This document shows positions 1 to 7,758 of a stretch of DNA of 64,000 bases, piece by piece (the stretch's first letter is position 1; each line of letters begins with the position of its first letter). A program made the translations under genes and the position numbers. Source of the stretch: Escherichia phage slur07; sequence record NC_028780.1; one strand, written 5' to 3'. Below the pieces are notes generated by a model. The model had not been told where the DNA came from and made no database searches. It saw only the letters and a program-made list of their open reading frames with translations.

Positions 1-1
1 A

Positions 2-256
2 ATAAAAGACCATGTTTTAGAAGTTAATGAATTCCTGAGTATGCCTCCGCGTCCTGACATTGACGAGGATTTTATTGATGGGGTTGAATATCGTCCTGGA
101 CGTTTAGAAATCACAGATGGAAATCTTTGGCTTGGATTTACAGTTTGTAAACCTAACGAGAAGTTCAAAGACCCGTCACTTCAATGTAGGATGGCAATTA
201 TCAACAGTCGTCGTTTACCAGGAAAGGCTTCTAAAGCAGTAATTAAAACTCAATGA
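2..256 (+). CDS. hypothetical protein, probably 5'-truncated by window edge
   Basis: Frame is open from position 2 to stop at 256 (track ORF 41..256); no recognisable motif. Confidence 0.3.
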   Translation: MKDHVLEVNEFLSMPPRPDIDEDFIDGVEYRPGRLEITDGNLWLGFTVCKPNEKFKDPSLQCRMAIINSRRLPGKASKAVIKTQ

Positions 257-263
257 GGTAAGC

Positions 264-809
264 ATGAGAAAAGCACTACTCGCTGGTCTATTGGCCATTT
301 CAATGATGGCACATAGCTCCGAGCATACTTTCAGTAATGTCCAACTCGATAACATGCGTTACGCGTATCAATTCGGGGAACAATTTTCTAAGGATGGAAA
401 ATATAAAACACATAAAAATATCCACAAGAGCGGATTAGGTCATATAATGGCAGCCATTTTATGGCAAGAAAGCTCTGGCGGAGTTAATTTAAAATCTAAA
501 CCAAAGCATCACGCTTATGGAATGTTCCAAAATTATTTGCCTACTATGCGAGCGAGAGTTAAGGAACTTGGTTATAATATGACCGATGCTGAAATAAAAA
601 GAATGTTGAATAAACGGTCCAATTCAGCTTCCTGGGCGTACATTGAACTTTCTTATTGGTTAAATATACATAAGGGCGATATAAGAAAAGCAATATCCTC
701 TTATAATTCGGGATGGAATGTTAAAGCAGGTTCTAGATATGCTTCTGAAGTCCTAGAAAAGGCTAATTACCTTAAAAATAATAAACTTTTGGAAATAGTA
801 AATGACTAA
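264..809 (+). CDS. putative secreted lytic transglycosylase-like protein
   Basis: 181 aa; N-terminal signal peptide MRKALLAGLLAISMMAHS; WQESSGG...YGMFQ segment resembles SLT-domain catalytic region (E-S ... G.FQ). Confidence 0.5.
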   Translation: MRKALLAGLLAISMMAHSSEHTFSNVQLDNMRYAYQFGEQFSKDGKYKTHKNIHKSGLGHIMAAILWQESSGGVNLKSKPKHHAYGMFQNYLPTMRARVKELGYNMTDAEIKRMLNKRSNSASWAYIELSYWLNIHKGDIRKAISSYNSGWNVKAGSRYASEVLEKANYLKNNKLLEIVND

Positions 810-1143
810 AATTTTGGTTTTATGTATAGGATTAATTTCATTTTCTGCGTTAGCAGATACATCATATACTGAAATTAGAGAGTATGTAAACCGTACTGCA
901 GCGGATTATTGCGGGAAAAATAAAGCATGTCAAGCTGAATTTGCACAGAAATTAATATATGCATATAAAGACGGAGAAAGAGATAAATCAAGTAGATACA
1001 AAAACGATACATTATTAAAACGATATGCTAAAAAGTGGAATACCTTAGAATGTTCAGTTGCGGAGGAGAAAGATAAAGCCGCTTGTCATTCAATGGTTGA
1101 CCGTTTGGTAGATTCTTATAATCGAGGATTGAGTACTAGATGA
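802..1143 (+). CDS. secreted hypothetical protein
   Basis: 113 aa; signal peptide (MTKILVLCIGLISFSALA); start overlaps upstream stop; 4 Cys. Confidence 0.45.
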   Translation: MTKILVLCIGLISFSALADTSYTEIREYVNRTAADYCGKNKACQAEFAQKLIYAYKDGERDKSSRYKNDTLLKRYAKKWNTLECSVAEEKDKAACHSMVDRLVDSYNRGLSTR

Positions 1144-1607
1144 TTGTAAAATATATCAAGGGCGATATTGTCGCCCTTTTCGCTGAAGGTAAAAATATTG
1201 CGCATGGATGCAATTGTTTTCATACTATGGGTTCAGGCGTAGCGGGTCAATTAACCAAAGCTTTCCCTAAAATTTTGGAAGCTGATAAATTACAGACTGA
1301 ATGGGGTGATGTAACTAAACTCGGTTCTTACTCAGTCTATGAAAAATACTTTAGGACTCATAAAGCGTATTGCTTTAATCTTTATACTCAATTTCAACCA
1401 GGGCCAAATTTTGAGTATTCCGCTTTAATGAATTGTATGTTAGAATTAAATGAGTTTGGTGAAAATAAACTGATTAAACCTACAATCTATATGCCTAGGA
1501 TTGGTGCAGGCATAGGTAAAGGGAACTGGGATATTATTGAGGGGATTTTAGATACATATTCCTCTAAATTAGAAATTGTGATTGTTGATTGGGAACCGTT
1601 ATTATGA
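1140..1607 (+). CDS. macro-domain protein (TARG1/OARD1-like ADP-ribose binding/hydrolase fold)
   Basis: 155 aa; KGDIVA...NIAHGCNCFHTMGSGVAGQL...MPRIGAGIGKGNW matches TARG1 blocks (KGDLFA / LAHCISEDCRMGAGIA / MPRIGCGLDRLQW); ATGA-coupled start. Confidence 0.7.
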   Translation: MIVKYIKGDIVALFAEGKNIAHGCNCFHTMGSGVAGQLTKAFPKILEADKLQTEWGDVTKLGSYSVYEKYFRTHKAYCFNLYTQFQPGPNFEYSALMNCMLELNEFGENKLIKPTIYMPRIGAGIGKGNWDIIEGILDTYSSKLEIVIVDWEPLL

Positions 1608-1816
1608 ATATACATTATCCACATCCGTATGACCCAAAGAATAAGGCAGTAATTATTCGTCAATGGGAACGCATTTGTCGTACTAAATGTCCAATTAATA
1701 GTCCACATGATGTAGATAAAGACTACATTGGAACATTCGTTGAATATACCTTTATTGATAAGAAAGGTCGTAAACAGCATGTAGAAGAATACTGCTTAAA
1801 GGTGACATGGTTATGA
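1604..1816 (+). CDS. hypothetical protein
   Basis: 70 aa; ATG 1604 overlaps upstream TGA (ATGA coupling); Cys/His-containing. Confidence 0.45.
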   Translation: MNIHYPHPYDPKNKAVIIRQWERICRTKCPINSPHDVDKDYIGTFVEYTFIDKKGRKQHVEEYCLKVTWL

Positions 1817-2019
1817 GCCAAACTAGTATTCTTAAAAATGCCCACTGTGAAAAGTGTAAATGGCCGGTTGTTTTTGCTTTATGCAACGATGAAATGGCTT
1901 GTGATTTCGATTATTGGTGCTATTGTTCTAATAAAGGATGCATCAATCATAAAGGTGAAGGATTTTATTCGGGATTTTATCCTTATCCAGATTTCGTTAA
2001 AGAAGGTAAACCGAAATGA
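1813..2019 (+). CDS. hypothetical Cys-rich protein
   Basis: 68 aa; 8 Cys (CEKCKW...CNDEMACDFDYWCYCSNKGC); ATGA coupling. Confidence 0.45.
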   Translation: MSQTSILKNAHCEKCKWPVVFALCNDEMACDFDYWCYCSNKGCINHKGEGFYSGFYPYPDFVKEGKPK

Positions 2020-2189
2020 ATAGTTCTGAGTTACAATATGAAGTGTTACGTGAACTTGATAATTTAATTGAACTCGCTGTTAATAAAGGTTTTGCCATTG
2101 GAATTGGTCAAAAAGATACTGATCATTTAACTGTGGAAATATTTAAGCAAAAGCGAATTATTTTAAAACTTTTGGAAATTAATATATGA
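2016..2189 (+). CDS. hypothetical small protein
   Basis: 57 aa ORF not in track (<60 aa); ATGA overlaps at both ends linking 1813..2019 and 2186..2371. Confidence 0.35.
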   Translation: MNSSELQYEVLRELDNLIELAVNKGFAIGIGQKDTDHLTVEIFKQKRIILKLLEINI

Positions 2190-2371
2190 GTTTAAGCAAA
2201 GAACAAAAAGACAAACTCTTTTCTCTTATCCACGAAGTTATGGATAAAAACAGTGAATTGGAAAAAGTTTGTGATGAATGCGGTCCTTTTAATGCAAATG
2301 AATACGAAGAACTTTCTAAAGAATTCGATAATAAAGAACAAGAACTTATTAATTATATAAATTCCTTATGA
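2186..2371 (+). CDS. hypothetical small acidic helical protein
   Basis: 61 aa; N-terminal (S/T)xEQK motif shared with 2368..2556 and 4367..4930 ORFs. Confidence 0.45.
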   Translation: MSLSKEQKDKLFSLIHEVMDKNSELEKVCDECGPFNANEYEELSKEFDNKEQELINYINSL

Positions 2372-2556
2372 TTACTCGCGAACAAAAGAACGAAATATTA
2401 TTTTTAGTTGGTGAAATTATTAGTTTAGAAAAGGATTTGTCTTTTGAAATATCTTCTGAATATGGAGATGCCGAAACATATTACGAATTAGTAAAATCTA
2501 TCGATAAAGTTGAAAATGATTTAGAAACATATTTAGAAAATTTAACTAAGGACTAA
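2368..2556 (+). CDS. hypothetical small acidic helical protein (paralog of previous)
   Basis: 62 aa; MITREQKNEILFL... similar to MSLSKEQKDKLFSL... Confidence 0.45.
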   Translation: MITREQKNEILFLVGEIISLEKDLSFEISSEYGDAETYYELVKSIDKVENDLETYLENLTKD

Positions 2557-2557
2557 G

Positions 2558-3139
2558 ATGGCGAGTTTAATTTTTACTTATGCAGCAATGAATGCTGGAA
2601 AATCTGCTTCTCTTTTGACTGCTGCACATAATTATAAAGAACGTGGAATGAGTGTATTAGTTCTTAAGCCTGCTATTGATACTCGCGATTCTGTCTGTGA
2701 AGTCGTTTCTCGCATTGGAATTAAGCAGGAAGCGAATATTATTACAGATGATATGGATATTTTCGAGTTCTATAAATGGGCTGAAGCACAAAAAGATATT
2801 CATTGCGTATTTGTAGATGAAGCTCAGTTTTTAAAAACTGAACAGGCGCATCAATTGAGCCGAATTGTTGATACATATAATGTTCCTGTTATGGCTTATG
2901 GGCTAAGGACTGATTTCGCTGGAAAATTATTTGAAGGTTCTAAAGAACTTTTAGCGATTGCAGATAAACTTATTGAACTAAAGGCAGTTTGTCATTGTGG
3001 TAAAAAAGCGATTATGACAGCTCGATTAATGGAAGATGGATCACCAGTTAAAGAAGGTAATCAAATCTGTATTGGTGATGAAATTTATGTTTCTTTGTGT
3101 AGAAAACATTGGAATGAATTAACTAAAAAGCTCGGTTAG
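2558..3139 (+). CDS. tk: thymidine kinase
   Basis: 193 aa; P-loop YAAMNAGKS, VDEAQF, C-terminal Cys/His zinc site (CHCG...C); matches T4 Tk length. Confidence 0.9.
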   Translation: MASLIFTYAAMNAGKSASLLTAAHNYKERGMSVLVLKPAIDTRDSVCEVVSRIGIKQEANIITDDMDIFEFYKWAEAQKDIHCVFVDEAQFLKTEQAHQLSRIVDTYNVPVMAYGLRTDFAGKLFEGSKELLAIADKLIELKAVCHCGKKAIMTARLMEDGSPVKEGNQICIGDEIYVSLCRKHWNELTKKLG

Positions 3140-3181
3140 TGCAAAAGTTATAAATAGGTTTATCTAACTAAAGGGGTATAT

Positions 3182-3394
3182 ATGCTACAATTAACTGAAA
3201 AGCAACTTCGCAATCTTACTGTTCTTCAATTAGATGAAATTCGTAGGGAAGTTGGAAATATCATTTCAGCTTTGCGTCGAGAAGTATCACTCAACCAATC
3301 TCCGGCAGACTATACTAGATTGCGAAATTTTGAAAAATACCTTGATAAAGTTAAGGCCGTGCATCGGCATAAAGTAAATACAGGACAAAAATGA
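3182..3394 (+). CDS. hypothetical protein (rI.1 position)
   Basis: 70 aa ORF between tk and rI with SD-like aaagggg upstream. Confidence 0.45.
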
Positions 3395-3406
3395 TAGGAG
3401 GCCTTT

Positions 3407-3700
3407 ATGGCCTTAAAAGCAACGGCACTTTTTGCCATGCTAGGATTGTCATTTGTTTTATCTCCATCGATTGAAGCGAATGTCGATCCTCATTTTGATA
3501 AATTTATGGAATCTGGTATTAGGCACGTTTATATGCTTTTTGAAAATAAAAGCGTAGAATCGTCTGAACAATTCTATAGTTTTATGAGAACGACCTATAA
3601 AAATGACCCGTGCTCTTCTGATTTTGAATGTATAGAACGAGGCGCGGAGATGGCACAATCATACGCTAGAATTATGAACATTAAATTGGAGACTGAATGA
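3407..3700 (+). CDS. rI: lysis inhibition regulator rI
   Basis: 97 aa; N-terminal signal-anchor (ALFAMLGLSFVLSP); size and position next to tk match T4 rI. Confidence 0.75.
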   Translation: MALKATALFAMLGLSFVLSPSIEANVDPHFDKFMESGIRHVYMLFENKSVESSEQFYSFMRTTYKNDPCSSDFECIERGAEMAQSYARIMNIKLETE

Positions 3701-4083
3701 AATTCAGCGACTTTTCACAAAGTGGAAAACCTTCAAAGGCAGATGAATACTTAGGTTTATTAATGGCTGCACAAGCTTATTTTCATTCTGCACATTTTGA
3801 AACTAAAAGTTATGCTAGACACAAAGCATACGATTTTATTTTCTCCGAGTTGCCAGATTTGATTGATAAATTTGGTGAGCAATATTTGGGGTATTCTGGT
3901 AGAAAATACACACCTTCAATTCCAGATGCCAGTAAACTTCCTACCGACACAATTAAAATGATTGATCACATACTAGACCAATCTAACAGCATTTATAAAG
4001 AAATGCCTCCAGCCATCCAAAGCACGATAGATGATATTACTGGAATGTTTTACCAGAGTAAGTATCTTCTTTCCCTCGAATAA
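3697..4083 (+). CDS. hypothetical protein (rI.-1 position)
   Basis: 128 aa; ATGA-coupled to rI; followed by terminator. Confidence 0.5.
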   Translation: MKFSDFSQSGKPSKADEYLGLLMAAQAYFHSAHFETKSYARHKAYDFIFSELPDLIDKFGEQYLGYSGRKYTPSIPDASKLPTDTIKMIDHILDQSNSIYKEMPPAIQSTIDDITGMFYQSKYLLSLE

Positions 4084-4087
4084 CATT

Positions 4088-4110
4088 AGTCTCCTTCGGG
4101 AGACTTTTTT
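4088..4110 (+). terminator. rho-independent terminator
   Basis: agtctcc-ttcg-ggagact hairpin followed by T6. Confidence 0.75.
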
Positions 4111-4120
4111 CATTTTACCG

Positions 4121-4181
4121 GTTTACTTTCCGTTTGAGCTGTGGTACTATACAACTATCGGATAAAGAGGAGAACATCATG
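4121..4181 (+). repeat. PeSL-like early promoter/leader cassette (copy 1)
   Basis: GTTTAC 4121-4126, 18-nt spacer, TGgTACTAT 4142-4150, conserved leader ...ctatacaactatc..., SD, ATG 4179. Confidence 0.7.
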
Positions 4182-4367
4182 AAAATTGAAGCACTTAATC
4201 AAGAAGGAAATATCTACGTCATCATTAATGGTGATTTTTTCGTCGACATGGATGAAGTTACTAGTGAAGAACTTGTAGAATTTCTTAAGAAACGTTATAA
4301 TATGTGTGATGAAGTTGCAACTCACATGGCGTGTGCAATATTCTCTCTTTCATATGTGGTGGAATAA
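4179..4367 (+). CDS. hypothetical protein
   Basis: 62 aa from ATG 4179 downstream of cassette; track ORF start 4134 rejected because it translates the promoter leader. Confidence 0.5.
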   Translation: MKIEALNQEGNIYVIINGDFFVDMDEVTSEELVEFLKKRYNMCDEVATHMACAIFSLSYVVE

Positions 4368-4570
4368 TGATTAGTATCGAACAAGCGGATAAAATTAAGG
4401 AATTGGTAGCTTTAATTCGTAAAGCAGATGAGGAACTTAGTGACTTTGCTTGGTTTTCGTCAGGCATTGCAAATAAAAGTATTGAAGAACTTGAAGATAA
4501 AGTTAATAATGCTGTAGAAGCGTTAGATATGTTTCTTGATGAAATTATCGATCATAATACGAGAGTTTAA
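4367..4570 (+). CDS. hypothetical small helical protein
   Basis: 67 aa; TAATG overlap with upstream gene; xEQ(A/K)xKI motif. Confidence 0.45.
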   Translation: MISIEQADKIKELVALIRKADEELSDFAWFSSGIANKSIEELEDKVNNAVEALDMFLDEIIDHNTRV

Positions 4571-4572
4571 GT

Positions 4573-4767
4573 ATGCTAACACGCGAACAGTTTGAAAAAA
4601 TCATTAAATTAGCACGTGATATTGAAATAGATTCATATCAATTAGCAGTTGAGCATTGTGAAGGATATTCATACGACGGTATAGAAGCAGCTAAAAAGGA
4701 TTTGGATAAATCCAAAGCTAAGTTAGTTCAATATCTTGAAATGATTAGGTGGAATAATGAAAACTGA
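4573..4767 (+). CDS. hypothetical small helical protein
   Basis: 64 aa; MLTREQFEKIIKL... family-like N-terminus. Confidence 0.45.
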   Translation: MLTREQFEKIIKLARDIEIDSYQLAVEHCEGYSYDGIEAAKKDLDKSKAKLVQYLEMIRWNNEN

Positions 4768-4930
4768 AAAGCAGATGTTTTTAATGAAGCTAATTGAAGA
4801 ATATGCTAATGCAGTTTCTGACTATGAATGTTCTTCTCGTGAAAGAGGTACAGCTTTCGCAAAGGAAGAAATGAAAATCATGGTTGATGCTCATACAAAG
4901 CTTCAGAATTTTATCGAAAACGTCATTTAA
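4757..4930 (+). CDS. hypothetical small protein
   Basis: 57 aa ORF not in track; MKTEKQMFLMKLIEEY...; overlaps upstream gene by 11 nt. Confidence 0.35.
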   Translation: MKTEKQMFLMKLIEEYANAVSDYECSSRERGTAFAKEEMKIMVDAHTKLQNFIENVI

Positions 4931-4932
4931 TG

Positions 4933-4962
4933 GTTTACAAGTTGGCAAGGTTATGGTATAGT
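4933..4962 (+). promoter_or_regulatory. T4-type early promoter
   Basis: GTTTAC 4933-4938, 18 nt, TGGTATAGT (-10 4957-4962). Confidence 0.6.
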
Positions 4963-5094
4963 AATCTTGTCAACTGCCAAGGAGAAGAGAATGAAAGTTT
5001 TGTTTGTTGTGTATGTGGTGATTCAATATAATTACCCAATGTTTACTTATAATCTGGTGAACAACATTATTGATATGATTCAGAGGAGTATGTA

Positions 5095-5640
5095 ATGACG
5101 GTAGCGGCGAAACGATTAGTATTAGAAGTTAGTTCACTTTTTGGTGAATTGGCTATAGAAAAAGTAAATAATATGTATCGTTTGACACAAGAAGACGATA
5201 TGCTATATTTTACGCCTAGTGAAATCATTCATTTAACCCAAATTGAAAATCCTTATACTGATAAAATTGTAAGCATTAATGATGAGCATAAAATTCATTT
5301 TTATTCTTCATGCCCAGGATTTAATATTGAAAGCGAGTCAATATGCTTATCAGTTATCCATTGGGATAGTTTTATAGATAAGATTAAATATTTTTATTAT
5401 TCTAATGAAAGAAAACACAGTTTAAAATGGTTTAAAAATTGCAATGCTATTATTACTAACGCTTGCAATCAGAATGATGAAACTGTTTTAAACGTATCAA
5501 AATGTTATGAAGATGGAGATGTCTTAACTATTCGTCAAATTGATGATTTTCGAGCACATATTGTCACATTTACCAAAGACGAAGCTATTGCACTAAAGAC
5601 TTATCTTGATTCTGTTATTCCAACTATGATTTCAAAGTGA
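5095..5640 (+). CDS. hypothetical protein (paralog pair member A)
   Basis: 181 aa; C-terminal ...DEAIALKTYLDSVIPTMISK similar to next ORF. Confidence 0.5.
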   Translation: MTVAAKRLVLEVSSLFGELAIEKVNNMYRLTQEDDMLYFTPSEIIHLTQIENPYTDKIVSINDEHKIHFYSSCPGFNIESESICLSVIHWDSFIDKIKYFYYSNERKHSLKWFKNCNAIITNACNQNDETVLNVSKCYEDGDVLTIRQIDDFRAHIVTFTKDEAIALKTYLDSVIPTMISK

Positions 5641-5646
5641 GGAAAT

Positions 5647-6168
5647 ATGTTTATTTCAAGTGAAAGTGGTTTAATTCGTGTTGAATTTAAAAATGACATC
5701 TTCCTTAGTCAAGGAGATGATATTATTAAAATGAGTTATGACGAAATCAAGAAAATTTGTCATACTCTTGAAAGCCGTGGAAAAGTAAATGCTGTTATTG
5801 ACATCGGTGATTTATGGGTAACGCTTTATGAAGTATCCGAAGGATTTAACATTGAAGATGAAAATAACATTTTAGCTATTGATAAAAGAACTGATTTGTT
5901 TGATGTATTAAAAGCCTATGAACAGTCAAATGGTGGAAGAAAAGCTGCATTGATTTATCAAAAACCACATTCATGTGGAACTGCTTCAATCATTTCAAAT
6001 ATTGAAGGTGAAGTTGATACTTATATGTGTGTTTTAAAAGCTGGTGGTGACCGTCATCCGGATTTTATTTCTATTCGTCAAAACAATGGAGAAATTTCAT
6101 TATCAAAATCAGAAGCTGAAGCTATGATTAAGTATTTAACAACCATTACGCCTTCAATGAAAGGATAA
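5647..6168 (+). CDS. hypothetical protein (paralog pair member B)
   Basis: 173 aa; C-terminal ...SEAEAMIKYLTTITPSMKG similar to previous ORF; shared GFNIE(S/D)E core. Confidence 0.5.
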   Translation: MFISSESGLIRVEFKNDIFLSQGDDIIKMSYDEIKKICHTLESRGKVNAVIDIGDLWVTLYEVSEGFNIEDENNILAIDKRTDLFDVLKAYEQSNGGRKAALIYQKPHSCGTASIISNIEGEVDTYMCVLKAGGDRHPDFISIRQNNGEISLSKSEAEAMIKYLTTITPSMKG

Positions 6169-6170
6169 TT

Positions 6171-6632
6171 ATGATTATTAATGAAAACTCTTGGCACTAT
6201 AAATTATTCAAATTGTTTAACGATGAATGGCAACGACCTAAGACATTATGCGCATATTTTTGGTCTATTGCCATTCCTACATTTTTCGTTTCTATTTTTG
6301 GGTGTGCTATACTCGTAGGGTTAACAATTATTTGTGCAGAAAGCCTACAACGTTGGCTTATTTTCGGTAGTTTATGGACTCTTCTTCCATCGGCATTTAT
6401 ACTTGCACTTTTGGTTGTTTTACTTATTATCGGTTCATTTGTTATTCCTGCACATTTGCGTGAAAAATATAAAGATTATAAATGGAAAAAGGATTATGCT
6501 TTACACGTAGAAAATATTGATAGAGCGTATAAAGGTTTACCTCCTATTCAACCCAAGAAATCGATTATCGTCGAATTTTTAAAAGCTCGTAAAGCTAAAG
6601 TATGTCCTGTTATTGAATATAAGGCTGAATGA
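6171..6632 (+). CDS. integral membrane protein
   Basis: 153 aa; three hydrophobic segments (CAYFWSIAIPTFFVSIFGCAILVGLTIIC; WLIFGSLWTLLP; ILALLVVLLIIGSFVIPA). Confidence 0.5.
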   Translation: MIINENSWHYKLFKLFNDEWQRPKTLCAYFWSIAIPTFFVSIFGCAILVGLTIICAESLQRWLIFGSLWTLLPSAFILALLVVLLIIGSFVIPAHLREKYKDYKWKKDYALHVENIDRAYKGLPPIQPKKSIIVEFLKARKAKVCPVIEYKAE

Positions 6633-7641
6633 TGAAAACAGTAATGAAAAGCTATTTTGGTAGTCATCTTTATGGAACTTCTACCCCAGAATCTGATGTA
6701 GATTTTAAAGAAATTTTTGTTCCTCCTGCTCGCGATATTCTTATCGGAAATGTCAAAGAGCACATGAGTAAAAACACTAACAACACATCATCTAAAACAC
6801 TAAAGATGATATTGACCATGAACTATACAGTCTTAAATATTTCTTTAAATTAGCAGCAGATGGTGAAACTGTAGCATTGGATATGCTTCACACTCCACCT
6901 GAACTAGTGGTTAAATCTGATTTGCCTGATGTGTGGAAGTTTATTCAAGACAACCGTTCTCGTTTTTATACGACTAACATGAAATCCTATTTAGGATATG
7001 TCCGCAAGCAAGCTTCTAAATACGGCGTCAAGGGTTCTCGTTTGGCTGCATTACGTGATGTATTGAAAGTAGTTAATCAAATCCCTGAGCAATGGGTTGA
7101 TTACCAAGAAGACGGTTCCATTAAGCAGCGTCGTACTAAAGTTGAAGATATTAAGCATCGTCTTCCAGAAAACGAATTCTGTGAATGGGTGTTCCATAAT
7201 CATGAGAAAACAGGTCCACAAACGTTCTATACAGTGCTGGGTCGTAAATATCAGACAACGCTTTCTCTTATTGAGCTTAAGCAGTCACTGAACAAATTAG
7301 ATGCTGAATATGGTGAACGTGCTCGTAAGGCCGAAGCTAATGAAGGTATTGATTGGAAAGCACTAAGTCATGCTTGTCGTGGTGGACTTCAACTATTGGA
7401 AATTTACAAAACTGGCGACTTGATTTATCCACTCCAAGATGCTCCATTTATTCTCGACGTGAAGTTGGGTAAACATCCATTTAAAACAGTTCAAGAGTTT
7501 TTGGAAGATGTGGTCGATCAAGTAGAAGCAGCATCTACTGAAGCTTCTAAGAATGGTATGCCTAAAACAGTAGACATGAGTTTCTGGGATGACTTCCTTG
7601 AGAAGGTCTATCTTGAAAACCACCGAAGTTATTATAAATGA
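6629..7641 (+). pseudogene. pol-beta-type nucleotidyltransferase, split by a frameshift
   Basis: ORF 6629..6853 has GSHLYGTSTPESDVDF NTase motif; frame-shifted continuation open 6796..7641 (..DDIDHELYSLKYFFKLAADGETVALDMLHTP.., ..HACRGGLQLLEIYKTGDL..); junction at A4 run 6794-6797. Confidence 0.55.
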
Positions 7642-7643
7642 TA

Positions 7644-7667
7644 GGGAGCCTTCGGGCTCCCTTTTTT
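7644..7667 (+). terminator. rho-independent terminator
   Basis: gggagcc-ttcg-ggctccc hairpin followed by T6. Confidence 0.75.
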
Positions 7668-7691
7668 ATTTCAAAAATTTTTCACAAAACT

Positions 7692-7758
7692 GTTTACAAG
7701 CATAAAGCTTTATGGTACTATACAACTATCAACTGATACGGATTTGGAGAATAAAATG
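7692..7758 (+). repeat. PeSL-like early promoter/leader cassette (copy 2)
   Basis: GTTTAC 7692-7697, TGgTACTAT -10 7716-7721, leader ctatacaactatcaactgatacggatttggagaataaaATG, near-identical to 34913-34979. Confidence 0.75.

Noticed and set aside
1487-1780. Minus-strand track ORFs lying inside + strand genes (e.g. 1487..1780, 3458..3658, 14260..14589, 26308..26691, 29401..29817, 32586..32869, 54962..55378, 59940..60260, 63692..63913)
   Set aside because: They are fully embedded antisense to well-supported coding genes, lack SD sequences and promoters, and have low-complexity composition typical of shadow ORFs in AT-rich DNA.
4134-4178. N-terminal extensions of track ORFs that translate promoter/leader DNA (4134, 7744, 9129, 12109, 34965, 43225, 53493, 61354, 61819)
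   Set aside because: These segments contain the -35/-10 elements and the SD. The shared peptide (CGTIQLSTTEEQKM) comes from the repeated leader, so the true starts are the ATGs just after the SD.
6844-6853. Possible programmed -1 frameshift at slippery heptamer U_UUA_AAU immediately before the stop of the N-terminal nucleotidyltransferase ORF
   Set aside because: The downstream frame is already open from 6796 and its product aligns in register with the NTase fold from that point, so the frame change most likely lies at the A4 run (6794-6797). No convincing downstream stimulatory structure was seen. The heptamer is probably coincidental.
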